A stretch of 63,262 nucleotides of DNA, filler included, from Octopus bimaculoides (Eukaryota), in assembly GCF_001194135.2 (NCBI RefSeq). It is 5 parts of 4 records of this genome, joined end to end, with 100 filler letters (N's around TTAATTAATTAA, not from the genome) between each part and the next. Parts side by side here need not be neighbours in the genome. Positions count along the whole stretch, not along the records: positions 14,016 to 39,769 come from NC_068981.1; 4 more parts are not named here. One strand, written 5' to 3'. Within the stretch, counting starts at the first letter, position 1. Each line of letters begins with the position of its first letter. Positions 23,002 to 37,181 of this stretch are shown piece after piece. The notes beneath the pieces were generated by a model. That model was not told the origin of the DNA. It saw only the letters and a program-made list of their open reading frames with translations, and searched no databases. The position numbers and the translations under genes are program-made.

Positions 23002-23318
23002 ATGTTAACTAAAATGAGACAACAAAGGCAAGGTTGTGTGTAATTTTCTGGGCGTTTATAAAGAGAAAGTTAGTCTTACAGCTGTTTCTGGGATATTAGG
23101 GGTATCCCTGCATGATAGACGATGTGAGATGTTTAAATACAGGGAAATATTGAACTCTAATATTTCTCTCTATTTAACCATCTCACATCGTCTCTGATGA
23201 AGGGATATCCCAAATATCCCAGAGAGAGAGAGAGAGAGCTATAAGCTAACCTGTTTTTTATAAATGTTCTGAAAATACCACACAGCCGTCGCTTTGTTGT
23301 CTCATTTTATTTAATATA
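23002..23318. mobile_element. Fold-back (about 150-bp arms, 7-nt loop) of two inverted Penelope-like pseudo-LTR segments, each with a damaged hammerhead
   Basis: Arms 23002-23151 and 23159-23318 are reverse-complementary; hammerhead relics at 23073-23120 (-) and 23190-23250 (+). Confidence 0.85.
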
Positions 23319-23334
23319 TGTGTGTATATCTATA

Positions 23335-23705
23335 GTGGAGGTGCAATGGTCCAATGTTTAGGGCAGCGGACTCGTGGTCATAGGATCGCGGTTTCGATTC
23401 CCAGACCGAGCGTTATGAGTGTTTATTGAGCGAAAACACTTAAAGCTCCACGAGGCTCAGGCAGTGGATGATGACGAACCCTGCTGTACTCTTCCACCAC
23501 AATTTCCTCATCTTACTTCCTGTTCCTGTTTAGCCTGTAATTCAAAGGGTCAGCCTTGTCACACTGTGTCACACTGTGTCACACTGAATATACCCGAGAA
23601 CTACGTTAAGAGTACACGTGTCTGTGCAGTGCTCAGCCACTTGCACGTTAATTTCACGAGCAGGGTGTCCTGTTGATCGGATCAGCTGGGACCCTCGACG
23701 TCGTA
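23335..23705 (+). mobile_element. tRNA-derived SINE (GGAGGCGCAATGG head, long tail type B)
   Basis: A-box and B-box (GGTTTCGATTCC) head; body GAGCGAAAACAC.TAAAGCTCCACGAGG; tail GGGTCAGCCTTGTCACAC...CACGTTAATTTCACGAGCAG. Confidence 0.9.
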
Positions 23706-23787
23706 TCTATATATATATATATATATTACATATTATATATGCATATGTATGTGCTCACGTTTGTATATACGTGCTCGTGCGTATACG

Positions 23788-23837
<50 letters not shown>

Positions 23838-23854
23838 TATATATATCTAAATGA

Positions 23855-23897
<43 letters not shown>

Positions 23898-23967
23898 AAT
23901 ATGAGAGAAATAAAGATCAAAGAAAAATAGATAGATAAGTCATACACGACTGAATACTTATACACTT

Positions 23968-24092
23968 GGAGAGAGAGAGAGAGAGAGAGAGAGGAAGAGA
24001 GAGAGACCTACAGACAGTCACCCAGACAGGTAGAGAAACAGTCATACAGACAGACAGACAGGCAGGCAGAAGACAGGCAGACTGATAGATAT

Positions 24093-24135
<43 letters not shown>
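23968..24135. repeat. (GA)n, (GACA)n and (GATA)n microsatellite cluster
   Basis: Direct reading. Confidence 0.9.
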
Positions 24136-24136
<1 letters not shown>

Positions 24137-25690
24137 GTAAATGGAGGGAGCGCGCGAACAAGCAGTTTATGTTAACGCACATGTATTTCCCAACGTGTAC
24201 GCAGATGCATTTTGACAGAAAATATTCCAGGATGAACAACCTGAAGCAACCTTTCATGTATTGATAATGTGCCAGAAACAGAGTGGATTCTACGAGCTTG
24301 TCCCTATTTATTTCTCTGTTTGCTTTCAGTTGTTCCTGTATCTTGCTGAAAATTGTATAACGGATATTTGTTGCCATCACAACAACTGAATATGCAATCA
24401 TTGCTTCTGTTTACATGCATGTTTATTTGTTATTCTTTCTGAATTCAAACAAAAATCGTGCAATATATAAAACTGTGCATTATACGATATTAGTTTCAAA
24501 TAAAAAAAATCTAAGAAATCTAATCACTGCCAGCAATAATATCTTCTATAGAATCACCAGAACTAACGATCCTTATATCAGACGTATACTTATATTTACG
24601 ACAAATAATTTCTCCAAACCCCTGTACTTTCCGTTAAATTCAGAGCTGATTTAAATATGTGAGAACATACCAGTCACTAAAATAATCAATAATATGATTG
24701 GAAAAGTATTTCGGGAGAGTGTGCGTTGATATATGACAGGAATCGAAACTTCCTGAATATCATTGACACATAGTTCTATGTAAAATAACAGAGCCCTGAA
24801 TCGGACAACACCTACTCCTCAAGTCTATAATTGAATCATCGCTAAGAGGTCAGTTATACGCACGTCATAAAAATGACGAATATAAAAAATAACGTCAACA
24901 TTAGTTGATTTTGTCTTGAGTATAATACACCTTTGACATGGCAAATTATCATAGCTAGCTTACCTTTGTTCATAGGTATCTTCACTCCGGGATGATTTGC
25001 GGCTAAACACAACCACAATGAAAACATGTTCATCGCAAATACTCCCACTAACGGGCGTGTTATCAAAGCACTCTATATGCCCTATTCTTACTCCGAGCAA
25101 AGTCATTGAAAATATCACCAATCTTCTGTTTTACAATTAGCTTTCGGAAATAAATCACGATGAACGTATTAATGTTCTTTATTATTTTATTCCTGATATG
25201 AGGCTTAAAAATGCATGCACCTATTTTATCTAGGAAAAAGAGAGGTAACCTCTACACTATTATTAGATTGTATGGAATAGCCAAATAAAATTGCTATCCG
25301 TCCACAGTGTGTCATACAAAGAATCGTGTCGATAAATGCAGCATCGAAAGACATCACACAAAGACGCATATGTATTACATATGAGATAAACACTCGAAGA
25401 AATAGCAAGTGTTAGAACTTACAAAATGCACCTACATAATGGGTGGTTATCGATGAAGACGTTATATCTTAAACAATTCTTGGACAGTTTTAATATTACA
25501 AAGGAAAGATTTAAAGTCAGAGAATTAGTGTTATGGCATTTGTACAGCCCGTTTATACACAAAAATATATAGCTTCCTTTTCTGAATACTGCGTCCAATA
25601 ATGAAGGAAATGTAATATAACCCACGAATAGAAGCCACTGGAACTTAGCCGATTTTACCTAGCTAGTCATCTATGTTGCGGTGTATGTAC

Positions 25691-25739
<49 letters not shown>

Positions 25740-26086
25740 NNNNNNNNNNNNNNNNNNNNNNNNNNNNNNNNNNNNNNNNNNNNNNNNNNNNNNNNNNNNN
25801 NNNNNNNNNNNNNNNNNNNNNNNNNNNNNNNNNNNNNNNNNNNNNNNNNNNNNNNNNNNNNNNNNNNNNNNNNNNNNNNNNNNNNNNNNNNNNNNNNNNN
25901 NNNNNNNNNNNNNNNNNNNNNNNNNNNNNNNNNNNNNNNNNNNNNNNNNNNNNNNNNNNNNNNNNNNNNNNNNNNNNNNNNNNNNNNNNNNNNNNNNNNN
26001 NNNNNNNNAATATCTGTAAATATGTATATATCTTTTATATATATATAAGAAAAAAAAAAGAATATACACACACACACATATATATA

Positions 26087-26119
<33 letters not shown>

Positions 26120-26329
26120 ATATTTTTACTTTTATATATATTATTGATATTTTTATCTTTATTTATATCTTTAAATTGCATATCTTTTACATTTCTTTTA
26201 TATTTATATATATTATTTATATATATTACCGGCATAATGCCTCTCCCAAGGTTTGATTGTATATTATTTATATTTTATTCTTATTTATATTTGCAAATCA
26301 CATATCGTACATTTTTTTATGTATAAATG

Positions 26330-29300
26330 AGCTACTCCGCGTCGGTCGCCAGTGTGATATTTGGCCGCTTTATAGATTCTTTGAGTGTCGGTTTGGTGTC
26401 TGGAATGGGATAGTTTACCTCATGGGCAAGTATAAGCTCTTTAACCTTGGTTGGTAATCTGCCTAGCAGAAGGAAATCCCCGAAATAAAACCTGAGACCT
26501 CGGAAGTTCCCAGTTTTGTCAATTTTCAAGTCACACTGACGAAAGTCTTGCTGGGCCAATAGGTGGGACTATTGAAGTGCAAGCTATTCCCACTGAAAAT
26601 AATCATCTGCTCTGGTGCTTCCTGTTCACCAAATCGTAGTAAAATCATTGAATTGGTTGGTTGGCAGAAACCTAACAATGCACTTGTAACATACTCATAA
26701 ATATATCAAACAGATTCAGTAAATGGCAAAAAAGGCTTCGGAACGTCAGGCGAACAGTCTGGCTCGGCGGGTGTTCCAGTGTATCAGATGTCACTGTGGT
26801 CAAATAATTTTTTTTTAAAAAGTAAAAATAAACATCCTTTGAATTTTGGCTGTTGGAATGTGCGCACACTTCTTGATGATAATTTCAACAAGAGGCCAGA
26901 AAAGCGTGCTGCACTTATTGCATGTGAGATTGAAAAGTAATCCCTTCATATAGTTGCCTTCTCTGAAACTTGTCTCTCTGGTGAGAGTCAAGTAAATCTA
27001 CCTTCTTATATATATACTATCTTTTGGAGAGGACTAGCTGAGGTGTTGGGTTTGCTCTCAAGAATTCATTAGGATTCTCCATTGCAGAGCTTCCAAGGGG
27101 TATATCTGAACGATCAATGTCATGCCGTATTAAACTGACAAAACGTAGACTTCTTACCGTTGTCAGTATTTACGCACCAACAATGTCACAATGTCCCCTT
27201 GTGGGGAAACTGTAGGACACTTTTATGATGATCTAGCACAATTATTAAGGAAACTACCAATTACTGACAAGCTGGTCATATTGAGAGATTTCAATGCAAG
27301 AGCTGGGAAGGACTACGCTTCATGGCCTGTTTTAGGTCGACATGGGAGTGGAAAATGCAAAATATGGAGTAGAGGAGTAGATCTTTTGACGTTTTGTGAC
27401 GTTTTGCCACTAATACTCTGTTTAAGCAGAGAAATAAATATAAAAACAACTGGATGCCCCCAAGATCTAAGAACTAGCATCTCATAGATTATATTTTGAT
27501 CATAAATGGTGATATGAAATACTTTCTAGTGTTCGGGCCATGAGAGCAGCAGAGACCTGGACTGACCATCGTGTAGTGCGTGGAAAAGTAAATGTTTCGA
27601 TAGTGCCTAAAAATCGACAGTACCCAGCTACCTGCAAAGATTCCACGATGCTATAGAAAGTATCAATATTGACCCAAATATTCTATGGGAAGATTTCAAA
27701 ACAAAAGAATTTCAGGCTGCTAGTTCGTCAGTGGGATTTAAATCACGCAAATCCAGTGACTGGTTCTCGGATATATCAGCAGAATTTCATAATCTACTTA
27801 TAGAAAAACAAAACTTAGACAATACACTTCTTTCTCTGTTCTTGTACCCCAGCTCAAACGAAGCTTACAGAAAGCTGAAAGGGAAAGTGCAGACGGTTCT
27901 AAGGAAAATTTTATAAGAATGGTGGAATGACTGAGCAAAAGCGGCACAAGAAGCAACTGATAGAAATACTGTGTTTGTAATCTTATGTTAAGGAGGTATA
28001 TGGCGCAAATCTTCTTTAATAGCTCCAGTGAGAACAGCAAATGAACGTTTGCTTTTGACTGACACTGCTTCTATTCATAAACGCTGGGCAGAAAATGTTT
28101 CTGCACTTTTGAATAGACCATGATCCGCTGATATGAGGCTGATAGAAAAAATCGAACACCTTCCAGTTATAGAAGAGATGGCATTTGAACCAACTCTAAA
28201 TGACATTTATTTAGTTGTGAATAAGTTGAATAACAATAAGTCTCCAGGTTCTGATGGAATTTGTGCAGAAGTCTTGAAATATGGGGGTGACAAAATGTTT
28301 TAAACTTTTGCCTTGTTCCTGTTGGAGAAATGAGAAAATGCCTCAAGACTGGATTTATGGTATTTTAGTCTCCTTGAATAAATCGGTGCCAAGTATCTTT
28401 TTGGTAATTTTCGTGGGATTTTGCTTTTGGATGTGGTTGGAAAGGTACTTTACCGCAATTTGTTAGAACTTTTAAATAACTTCATTTTTCCGAATATAGT
28501 ATCTGAGTCTCAGTGTGGTTTTCCTTCCTCTAGGGACACAACTGACAATTGCAAACAATTGCAAGAAAAGTGCATTGGACAGAATATTGCCCTGTACCAT
28601 TGCTTTGTTAATCAAAATGCTCTGTGGCTCTAATTCTAAGGAAAATAGGTTGACCAGAAAAATTGTAAACATGATCAGGGTTTTGCATCAAGCTATGGAA
28701 GCTAAAGGTAATTCTGGTAGTAGGCTCTCTGAATTTCTTGCCGTGGAAATTGGTGTAAAGAAAGGAGACCTTAATGCATTCACCCTCTTTGCAATATACT
28801 TTGCTGTTGCGTTGTCACACGCTTTTCAAAACTCTGAGGAGGATATTCACATAACGCATCGAAAAACAGGGAATGTTTTTAATCTGACCAGACTGAACTT
28901 CAAAGCGAAGGTATTTTATTCACTCATAAGGGAACTTTTAGACGCTGACGATTGCGATCTTGTCAGTCATTCTACAACAGTTCTGCAATCTCTTGTATCT
29001 ATTTCACTCAGCTTGTGATGATTTTGGCTTGACCATCAACTTGAGAAGAACAATTGTAATGCATCAACCTGCGTGTGGGGCTATTTGTAACGCCCTAAAA
29101 TTTTTGTTAAGGCTAAGTTACTTTAGGTAGTTGATTCGTTCATTAACCTTCGAATCTCTGAACAAAATGATACGGAAATACATCTGCAACTTCAAAATGC
29201 ATCAAAAGAATTCGGTAACTTGGAGACGCGCGTTTGGAAGCAGCCACATATAAATAACAATACAAATTTGGCTCTTTACCAATCATTTGTCTTACCGTCC

Positions 29301-29640
29301 CTGTTTTATACTTGTGAAACATGCACATGTTATGAAAGACAGTTTAAATGTTTAGAACAGTTTCACCAAAAATTATTTCATCGCATTTTAAACATTAAAT
29401 AGAATTCTTTTACTTCCAACATAGATGTCCTTGCATCTGCAGCCATTACCTTAATGAAAGCTATAATTTTGAAAAACTAAATGAGATAGTGTGTCCGTAT
29501 TGTTCAAATGGCGGGTGAACGCATGCCCAAAGAGGGTGGGGGGAGTTTGCAAAGGGGAAACGCTATCGGCGTAAGCCTAAGAAAAGGTTTAGGAACGGCA
29601 TAAGGACTACTCTGAAGTTACATGCCTTACTTTATTTGCT
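26330..29640 (+). mobile_element. Near-full-length decayed RTE (BovB-like) LINE with 5' UTR, APE endonuclease and RT
   Basis: LNFGCWNVRTLLD; YAPT; VILRDFNAR.G; TDHRVV; NKSPGSDGICAE; ESQCGF; ELLDADDC; SFINL; TLALYQSFVLPSLFYTCETCT; numerous stops and frameshifts. Confidence 0.9.
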
Positions 29641-31263
29641 GGGTGGAGAGGAAATATTTTGGTCATAAATTCCGCCACTGAATTACGTAACTATACTCTA
29701 AACCTTAAAGATTCATTTTATGGTTGTTAGTCCTAGATACTTTTCAGTGGTGACCTATATTATTATTATTCTGAAGCTTTCAACCAACATTAACATGGAA
29801 GCTTTCTGTAGGGAGGTGGAAATCTTCATTTATATTATTTTGGTGTGGCAGATTTGTGCCACTTTCCTCAAGCGATTGCAGTTATGATGTCGAGTAAAAC
29901 AATACTCTTTTCTTTAGAATTTCTCGACGGCAGTGGAGCCATTATAGATAGCAATAAAAAAGAAATAACTTCCATTAGATTCATAATTTTGGAAGTTGTA
30001 CAAGCAGTCGAATGTTGAGTTTCACCACTCCTAAATTGTTGGAAGTGAACTATATAAAAATATAGCTTGGGCATATATTACACTTTTAAAACAATCGATA
30101 AATATCTTTTTAAAGGAAATATGTAAAATATTAGTCAGAATAGGTATTATTCTAAGCAAAACATTGTGAAAAGTGTCACAATTTTGTGCGAAACAACCAG
30201 ATATCGCAATGCATAAGCCACGTATATGTGTGCGCGTTTTGTTGAGTTCAGGGGAAGCAAAAGATATGATTTTATAAATATATTTATATATTTTGTGTAC
30301 TTCTTCATCTTGGTGCAAATATGTAAAACAGTTTTTTTCTATACGAAGTAATGCTGACAGAAATCGTGTTTGTGAAGTGGAGGGAAGTAGGGCTTCTAAA
30401 GTTTAACGGAAACATTTTTGGCTAAGGAATAAAAGAATCGACTGGGCTTTCATGAATGTAAGAACGTTTCGATTCCGCAAAGCATGGTGGCATAATCCGA
30501 GCTCTAGATGATGGCCTTGCAATAAATATTGTACTATATAAAAGGACTGCGTATTTTTCTCCAAGAGTCGCAGGCCAAATTTTTACCTACGTTACTGAAC
30601 TGCAGATATGTGAAATACTTCAGTGATTTTTTTACTATGATTTTGGGTTGTGTGTAATTGTAGGATTACCAAGTGCTACAAACAAGACAGTTACAATCAG
30701 AAGCCTAGTAAACGATTCAGAAGGTTTGGTAGCATAGAACTAGAGAGATCTGAACTGTCAGCTGAAGTCAACAAACATAGGATTCCTAAAGAGTTGCGCG
30801 ATTTGGAAAGTGGAATATACAGTTACTCTGAGGCAGAGGTCAAATGGCTAATTTAAGAACAGGTAGTTACAGGCAAGTAAGTTTTGCGTATGGAACTGAG
30901 AAGAGAAAGATTATCAACTGTATTTAACGTGTCAGTACTACAGTCAACGATGTGTGCATCGGTTGAAACAAAATAATATGAAATGCTTAGGATGCAGAGT
31001 TGGTATGTCATTTGATGGGATTAAGTTTATATATATGAAGAGATCTTTATCGTTATTGGCGTGTAAAATCGAGAAAAAACGGAGAACTCACATTCCTTTG
31101 ATAAAGTAAAATAAGTGCTTATGGGGTTTCTGGTGATTGGAGGAGAGATAAAGCTGACGGCGAAACATGCATATTTGGGGAAAGATAGAAAATATATTAA
31201 ACTGGAGTAATTGAAATTTGTCGGCGACTATATGTGCGTATATGTATGCGTGAGAACGTATGT

Positions 31264-31308
<45 letters not shown>

Positions 31309-31748
31309 NNNNNNNNNNNNNNNNNNNNNNNNNNNNNNNNNNNNNNNNNNNNNNNNNNNNNNNNNNNNNNNNNNNNNNNNNNNNNNNNNNNNNNNNNNNN
31401 NNNNNNNNNNNNNNNNNNNNNNNNNNNNNNNNNNNNNNNNNNNNNNNNNNNNNNNNNNNNNNNNNNNNNNNNNNNNNNNNNNNNNNNNNNNNNNNNNNNN
31501 NNNNNNNNNNNNNNNNNNNNNNNNNNNNNNNNNNNNNNNNNNNNNNNNNNNNNNNNNNNNNNNNNNNNNNNNNNNNNNNNNNNNNNNNNNNNNNNNNNNN
31601 NNNNNNNNNNNNNNNNNNNNNNNNNNNNNNNNNNNNNNNNNNNNNNNNNNNNNNNNNNNNNNNNNNNNNNNNNNNNNNNNNNNNNNNNNNNNNNNNNNNN
31701 NNNNNNNNNNNNNNNNNNNNNNNNNNNNNNNNNNNNNNNNNNNNNNNN

Positions 31749-31780
<32 letters not shown>

Positions 31781-32952
31781 ATGTGAATGCGTATGCAGAT
31801 ATACATAGTTTGTTGTCATAAAAAAATGATTTTCATCAACCTCACGATACTTTATGAAGCGGCGTAAACGAGGAATGGATTTACTAGTAAGTTAATCTAT
31901 ATGTAAGACGCCCACTGTTCAACAACAAATCCGATGATTGTGAGAAGAGCGGTTGAATTCAATCTAGATATTTCCACTAATATAGTTAGAAGCTACATCA
32001 CACTAATTAGTCAGTATTTCCGAAGTTCCAATAGGATTCATGAACACTTTAAAGTTCTTCACATCCGTGTTAATCCAGCTTAGTTAATATCGCTAGCTAC
32101 ATTGAATGTTAAAAGAGGAACCACATCCACCTTCTCACTTTTTAAATGCTCCAATTTATAACACTTAATAAGTCACTGATTGTTAATGGTGGGTATCGTT
32201 CACATGATCAGTGGTCTATGAAACCACCTTCATGCCATGCGGTTACATTCACCATAACAGGCAATACTTTCACGAGAAATGTTAGACAACAAGTGCATTC
32301 TTTGAAACTTTAGACCTCTGCCCCGTTGCATCTGGAAAGTTCAGATCCAAAGAAACTACTTCCGTAACATCACGTGGCACATCCCTGAGAAAATACTTCT
32401 CTATTCACATTGAGTTTTGTTGCCGAAAATGCCTCTGTGGGAAACTGCAAAACTGAGTAATTGCTAATAACAGAATAACCTGCAGTAAAGCAACAAAGAT
32501 ACGTCTTGTTGATGAACTCCTAACTACGGCCGTCCTTCATACGGAAATGCCAACTTAGAATAGAGGCCCCAAACAAAACTCCAAGGTATATAAACCCTGC
32601 TTATCCACAGCGAGATTTTATCCTCTTCCTTCTAGTGGCCATATCATGCAAGCATTCTAGACACAAGAGCTGTTATCTTGTCCACAGAAAATAGCTAGCG
32701 CTAAAATATCAAATCTTACAAACTGCCGATTACCTGACGCCAAATTTCTGTCTATGCAACCACATAGAAGAGATGGCGAAAGAATTGGTACCACTGCTCA
32801 AAGACAATATTCACTAGAATTCAATTGACTAATGAAGCTTAAATATAAATATTCTAAAAATAAGGTTATATATATATATTTTTTAATTTGTTTACTAATA
32901 CATTAGAATACAAAGAATATGGAAACACTTGATGACTACTGAATTTCTGTAA

Positions 32953-33001
<49 letters not shown>

Positions 33002-33463
33002 NNNNNNNNNNNNNNNNNNNNNNNNNNNNNNNNNNNNNNNNNNNNNNNNNNNNNNNNNNNNNNNNNNNNNNNNNNNNNNNNNNNNNNNNNNNNNNNNNNN
33101 NNNNNNNNNNNNNNNNNNNNNNNNNNNNNNNNNNNNNNNNNNNNNNNNNNNNNNNNNNNNNNNNNNNNNNNNNNNNNNNNNNNNNNNNNNNNNNNNNNNN
33201 NNNNNNNNNNNNNNNNNNNNNNNNNNNNNNNNNNNNNNNNNNNNNNNNNNNNNNNNNNNNNNNNNNNNNNNNNNNNNNNNNNNNNNNNNNNNNNNNNNNN
33301 NNNNNNNNNNNNNNNNNNNNNNNNNNNNNNNNNNNNNNNNNNNNNNNNNNNNNNNNNNNNNNNNNNNNNNNNNNNNNNNNNNNNNNNNNNNNNNNNNNNN
33401 NNNNNNNNNNNNNNNNNNNNNNNNNNNNNNNNNNNNNNNNNNNNNNNNNNNNNNNNNNNNNNN

Positions 33464-33528
<65 letters not shown>

Positions 33529-33559
33529 GTATATATATATGTATGTGTGTGTGTATATC

Positions 33560-35220
33560 TCTCAAGAATTCATTAGTATCCTCCATTGTAGAATTTTCAA
33601 GTGGTATATTTGAACGAACCATGTCATGCCATATTAAACTGACAAAACGTAGGTTTCATACCGTTGTCAGTATTTCTGATGAAACTACAGGACACTTTTA
33701 TGATGATCTAGTAGAATTATTGAGGAAGGTACCAATTTCTGACAAGCAGGTCATATTGAGAGATTGCAACGCAAGAGTTGGAAATGACCAAATTTCATGG
33801 TGTGTTTTGGGGCCGACATGGAATTGCAAAACGTAATAAAAATTGAGTAGATCATTTCACGTTTTGTACTGAAAAGAATCTGGTTGTCACCAATATTGTT
33901 TAAGGAGAAAAATAAATATATAACCACCTGGATGCACCCAAAATCTAAGCATTGGCATCTCATAGATTATATTTTGATCGGAAAGCGTGATAGGATAAAT
34001 GTTTCTAGCGTTCGGGCTATGAGAGAAGGAGAGACCTGACTGACCATCGTCTAGTGCGTGGGAAAGTAAATTTTTCGATAATGACTAAAAGTCGCCAGTC
34101 TGGTCCTAAGGTACCCAAAAAGTTAAATGTTACAATCTTCAAATCGCTAAGCTACTTGCAAAGATTCTCCGATGCTATAGGAAGTATGAATCTTGATCCA
34201 AACAATCTATGGGAAGATTTCAAAAAAAAATTTTTGAGGCTGCAAGTTCTTCTTCAGGATTTAAATTACACAAGTCCATTGATTGGCTTTCAGACAAATC
34301 ACCAGAAATTCATGATCTACTATTAGATAAAAGTAACATTGGCTAAACACTTCTTTTTTAGTTCTTGAACCCCAACTCAAACGAAGCGTACAGAAAGCTG
34401 AAAGGGAAAGTACAGACTGCTCTAAGGAAAATTAAACAGGAACGATGGAATGATAGAGCAAAAGGGGCGCAAAAAGTAGCTGACAGAAATGATGCAGACG
34501 GTTTGTATGAAGGAGGTATATGGCCTAAAACCTTCTTCAATAGCTCCAGTGAAAACAACATGTGAACATTTGCTTCTATTCGTAATCGCTGGGTTGAAAA
34601 TTTTTCTGCACTTTTGAATAGACCGTCATCCATTGACATGAGGATGATAGAAAAAATCGAACACCTTCCGGTCATAGGAGAGATAGAAAAGAATATACTT
34701 TCCTGTTGTGCTGTCACACGCTTTTCAAATCTCCGAGGTGAGTATTTATATAAAATATCGAACAACAGGTTATGTTGTTAGTCTGACCAGACTAAAATCC
34801 CAAACAGTTCTTTACTTCACTCATTACGGAACCCTTATACGTTGTCGCTTGCGATCTAATCAGTCACTCTGAAATGGGCCTGCAATCTCTTGTATATGCA
34901 TTTGACTCAGCTTGTGATGATTTTGACGTAATCCTGAAAAGGGGTTTAAACCTAAAAAGAGGTTTAAGGATGGCATTAGGGCTACCATGAAGTCATTTGG
35001 AATGGATCCAAAGGCGATAGAAACCCTTGCCTCGGATCGAGCTGGATGGCGAACAAAAGTGTGTGGAGTAAAAGCTTTTGAGGGGGCCAGGATGACACAT
35101 GCAAGTCTCAAGACAGATTTAAATAAAATTGTTGCAGTCGACCTTTTTTGTGGTGTTTGTGACAGACCATGCCCCATTTTTGCTGGGCTCACATGTCTTT
35201 TGCGGATCCATATAAAACGA
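33560..35220 (+). mobile_element. Second, internally deleted copy of the same RTE family with the 3' end retained
   Basis: 33565-34690 aligns to about 27060-28180; the C-terminus IETLASDRAGWR..CGVCDRPC..AGL...RIH is RTE-like. Confidence 0.88.
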
Positions 35221-35458
35221 ACCTCTACCGATTACTCTGCCTATATATATGTGCATACCTTTCAATGATATGTATGCCATAAAGTCTACAAATCAAATGG
35301 AGGCCTCAAAACACATTTTGAGATCCACAAAGATCAGAACTTAACTGCAGCACATGATGGTCCAAATCAGATATACAGTCTATGTGGTTATCTTTTCAAT
35401 AACTTGTCTCGTTGAAAAAGCCAGACTCTGCATGAGCAGTAGATAAACACCATGTATG

Positions 35459-35492
<34 letters not shown>

Positions 35493-37111
35493 AAAATGTA
35501 TGTATGTATATATATATATATATATATATATTGTCAGTGAACAGGTCGCGGTCTCAAAGCGACGAAAATATTTTGACAAATTAAATTTAAATGTTGAAGT
35601 GAATCTAACGGATTTTGTGTGTTACTTTAAATGGCTTATAAACACCTTCCACGCTGCAATTGTTATATATATNNNNNNNNNNNNNNNNNNNNNNNNNNNN
35701 NNNNNNNNNNNNNNNNNNNNNNNNNNNNNNNNNNNNNNNNNNNNNNNNNNNNNNNNNNNNNNNNNNNNNNNNNNNNNNNNNNNNNNNNNNNNNNNNNNNN
35801 NNNNNNNNNNNNNNNNNNNNNNNNNNNNNNNNNNNNNNNNNNNNNNNNNNNNNNNNNNNNNNNNNNNNNNNNNNNNNNNNNNNNNNNNNNNNNNNNNNNN
35901 NNNNNNNNNNNNNNNNNNNNNNNNNNNNNNNNNNNNNNNNNNNNNNNNNNNNNNNNNNNNNNNNNNNNNNNNNNNNNNNNNNNNNNNNNNNNNNNNNNNN
36001 NNNNNNNNNNNNNNNNNNNNNNNNNNNNNNNNNNNNNNNNNNNNNNNNNNNNNNNNNNNNNNNNNNNNNNNNNNNNNNNNNNNNNNNNNNNNNNNNNNNN
36101 NNNNNNNNNNNNNNNNNNNNNNNNNNNNNNNNNNNNNNNNNNNNNNNNNNNNNNNNNNNNNNNNNNNNNNNNNNNNNNNNNNNNNNNNNNNNNNNNNNNN
36201 NNNNNNNNNNNNNNNNNNNNNNNNNNNNNNNNNNNNNNNNNNNNNNNNNNNNNNNNNNNNNNNNNNNNNNNNNNNNNNNNNNNNNNNNNNNNNNNNNNNN
36301 NNNNNNTGTGTGTATCATACCTACATACGGAAATGAGTGCGTGTTCTTTACATGTGTTTGAGTTTTTATTTGCAAGTGAACGTCAAACATTTTTGCATAC
36401 ATCTATTTTGACGAACAGGAGTCGTCAGGATGATATTATATCTTGAGTTTATATCCGTGCCATTCCTCACCTATTCATATTATTTTATGTGCGTGGTGAA
36501 TGATATATCTTTCTAGAGCCTTACAGCACTTATTTCATTTCATTCCCCATTCTTCTTTGTTTAGAAAGTGTTTCATTTCATTCCTATTTCTATTTATACA
36601 TTAAACATCAATTCACTTTCTACGTATGTAATTGCTCGCACCACTCAATTCACACGAGTGTTTTATTCCATCTGTATTGATGATCTTGTAACAATTCGAT
36701 GAAACATATATAATGGAACCATGAGGTGAAGAAGCCAGTATGCAAAATAGTGAAGTTTGATTACTACATTTCTTTTCTGTAAGTGTATGATTTTTATCAC
36801 AGTTCATGTTTGGATATGTTTTCTTTTTGTAAGACAACGACTGAATAAACAATTAATAACTTATAATGCAATAAGCATATGTAAAAGATTTGGCAGGTGG
36901 TAATCCGAGGAAAGTATGTGGTTCCAATTCAAATTTTGACGTAAATGCTTTTCATGTTTTGTCTAGCTGAACTGTGATCAAAAGCAACGCAATTGTTCCA
37001 TCCTATGTTTTTTTTTAGGAGCGTGTATGCTTCCATTCTCGAGGGTTATGTTCTTTTTATGACTTCAGTTTGTGAATATGTTTGTGCATTTATATATATA
37101 TAAATATAGAT

Positions 37112-37181
<70 letters not shown>

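Noticed and set aside
24042-24401. 119-aa minus-strand ORF
   Set aside because: The last third is (GATA)n read-through; no recognisable domain or consistent splice sites.
30650-30880. 68-aa ORF near a perfect GTAAGT donor
   Set aside because: The frame closes before the donor and no homology was recognised.
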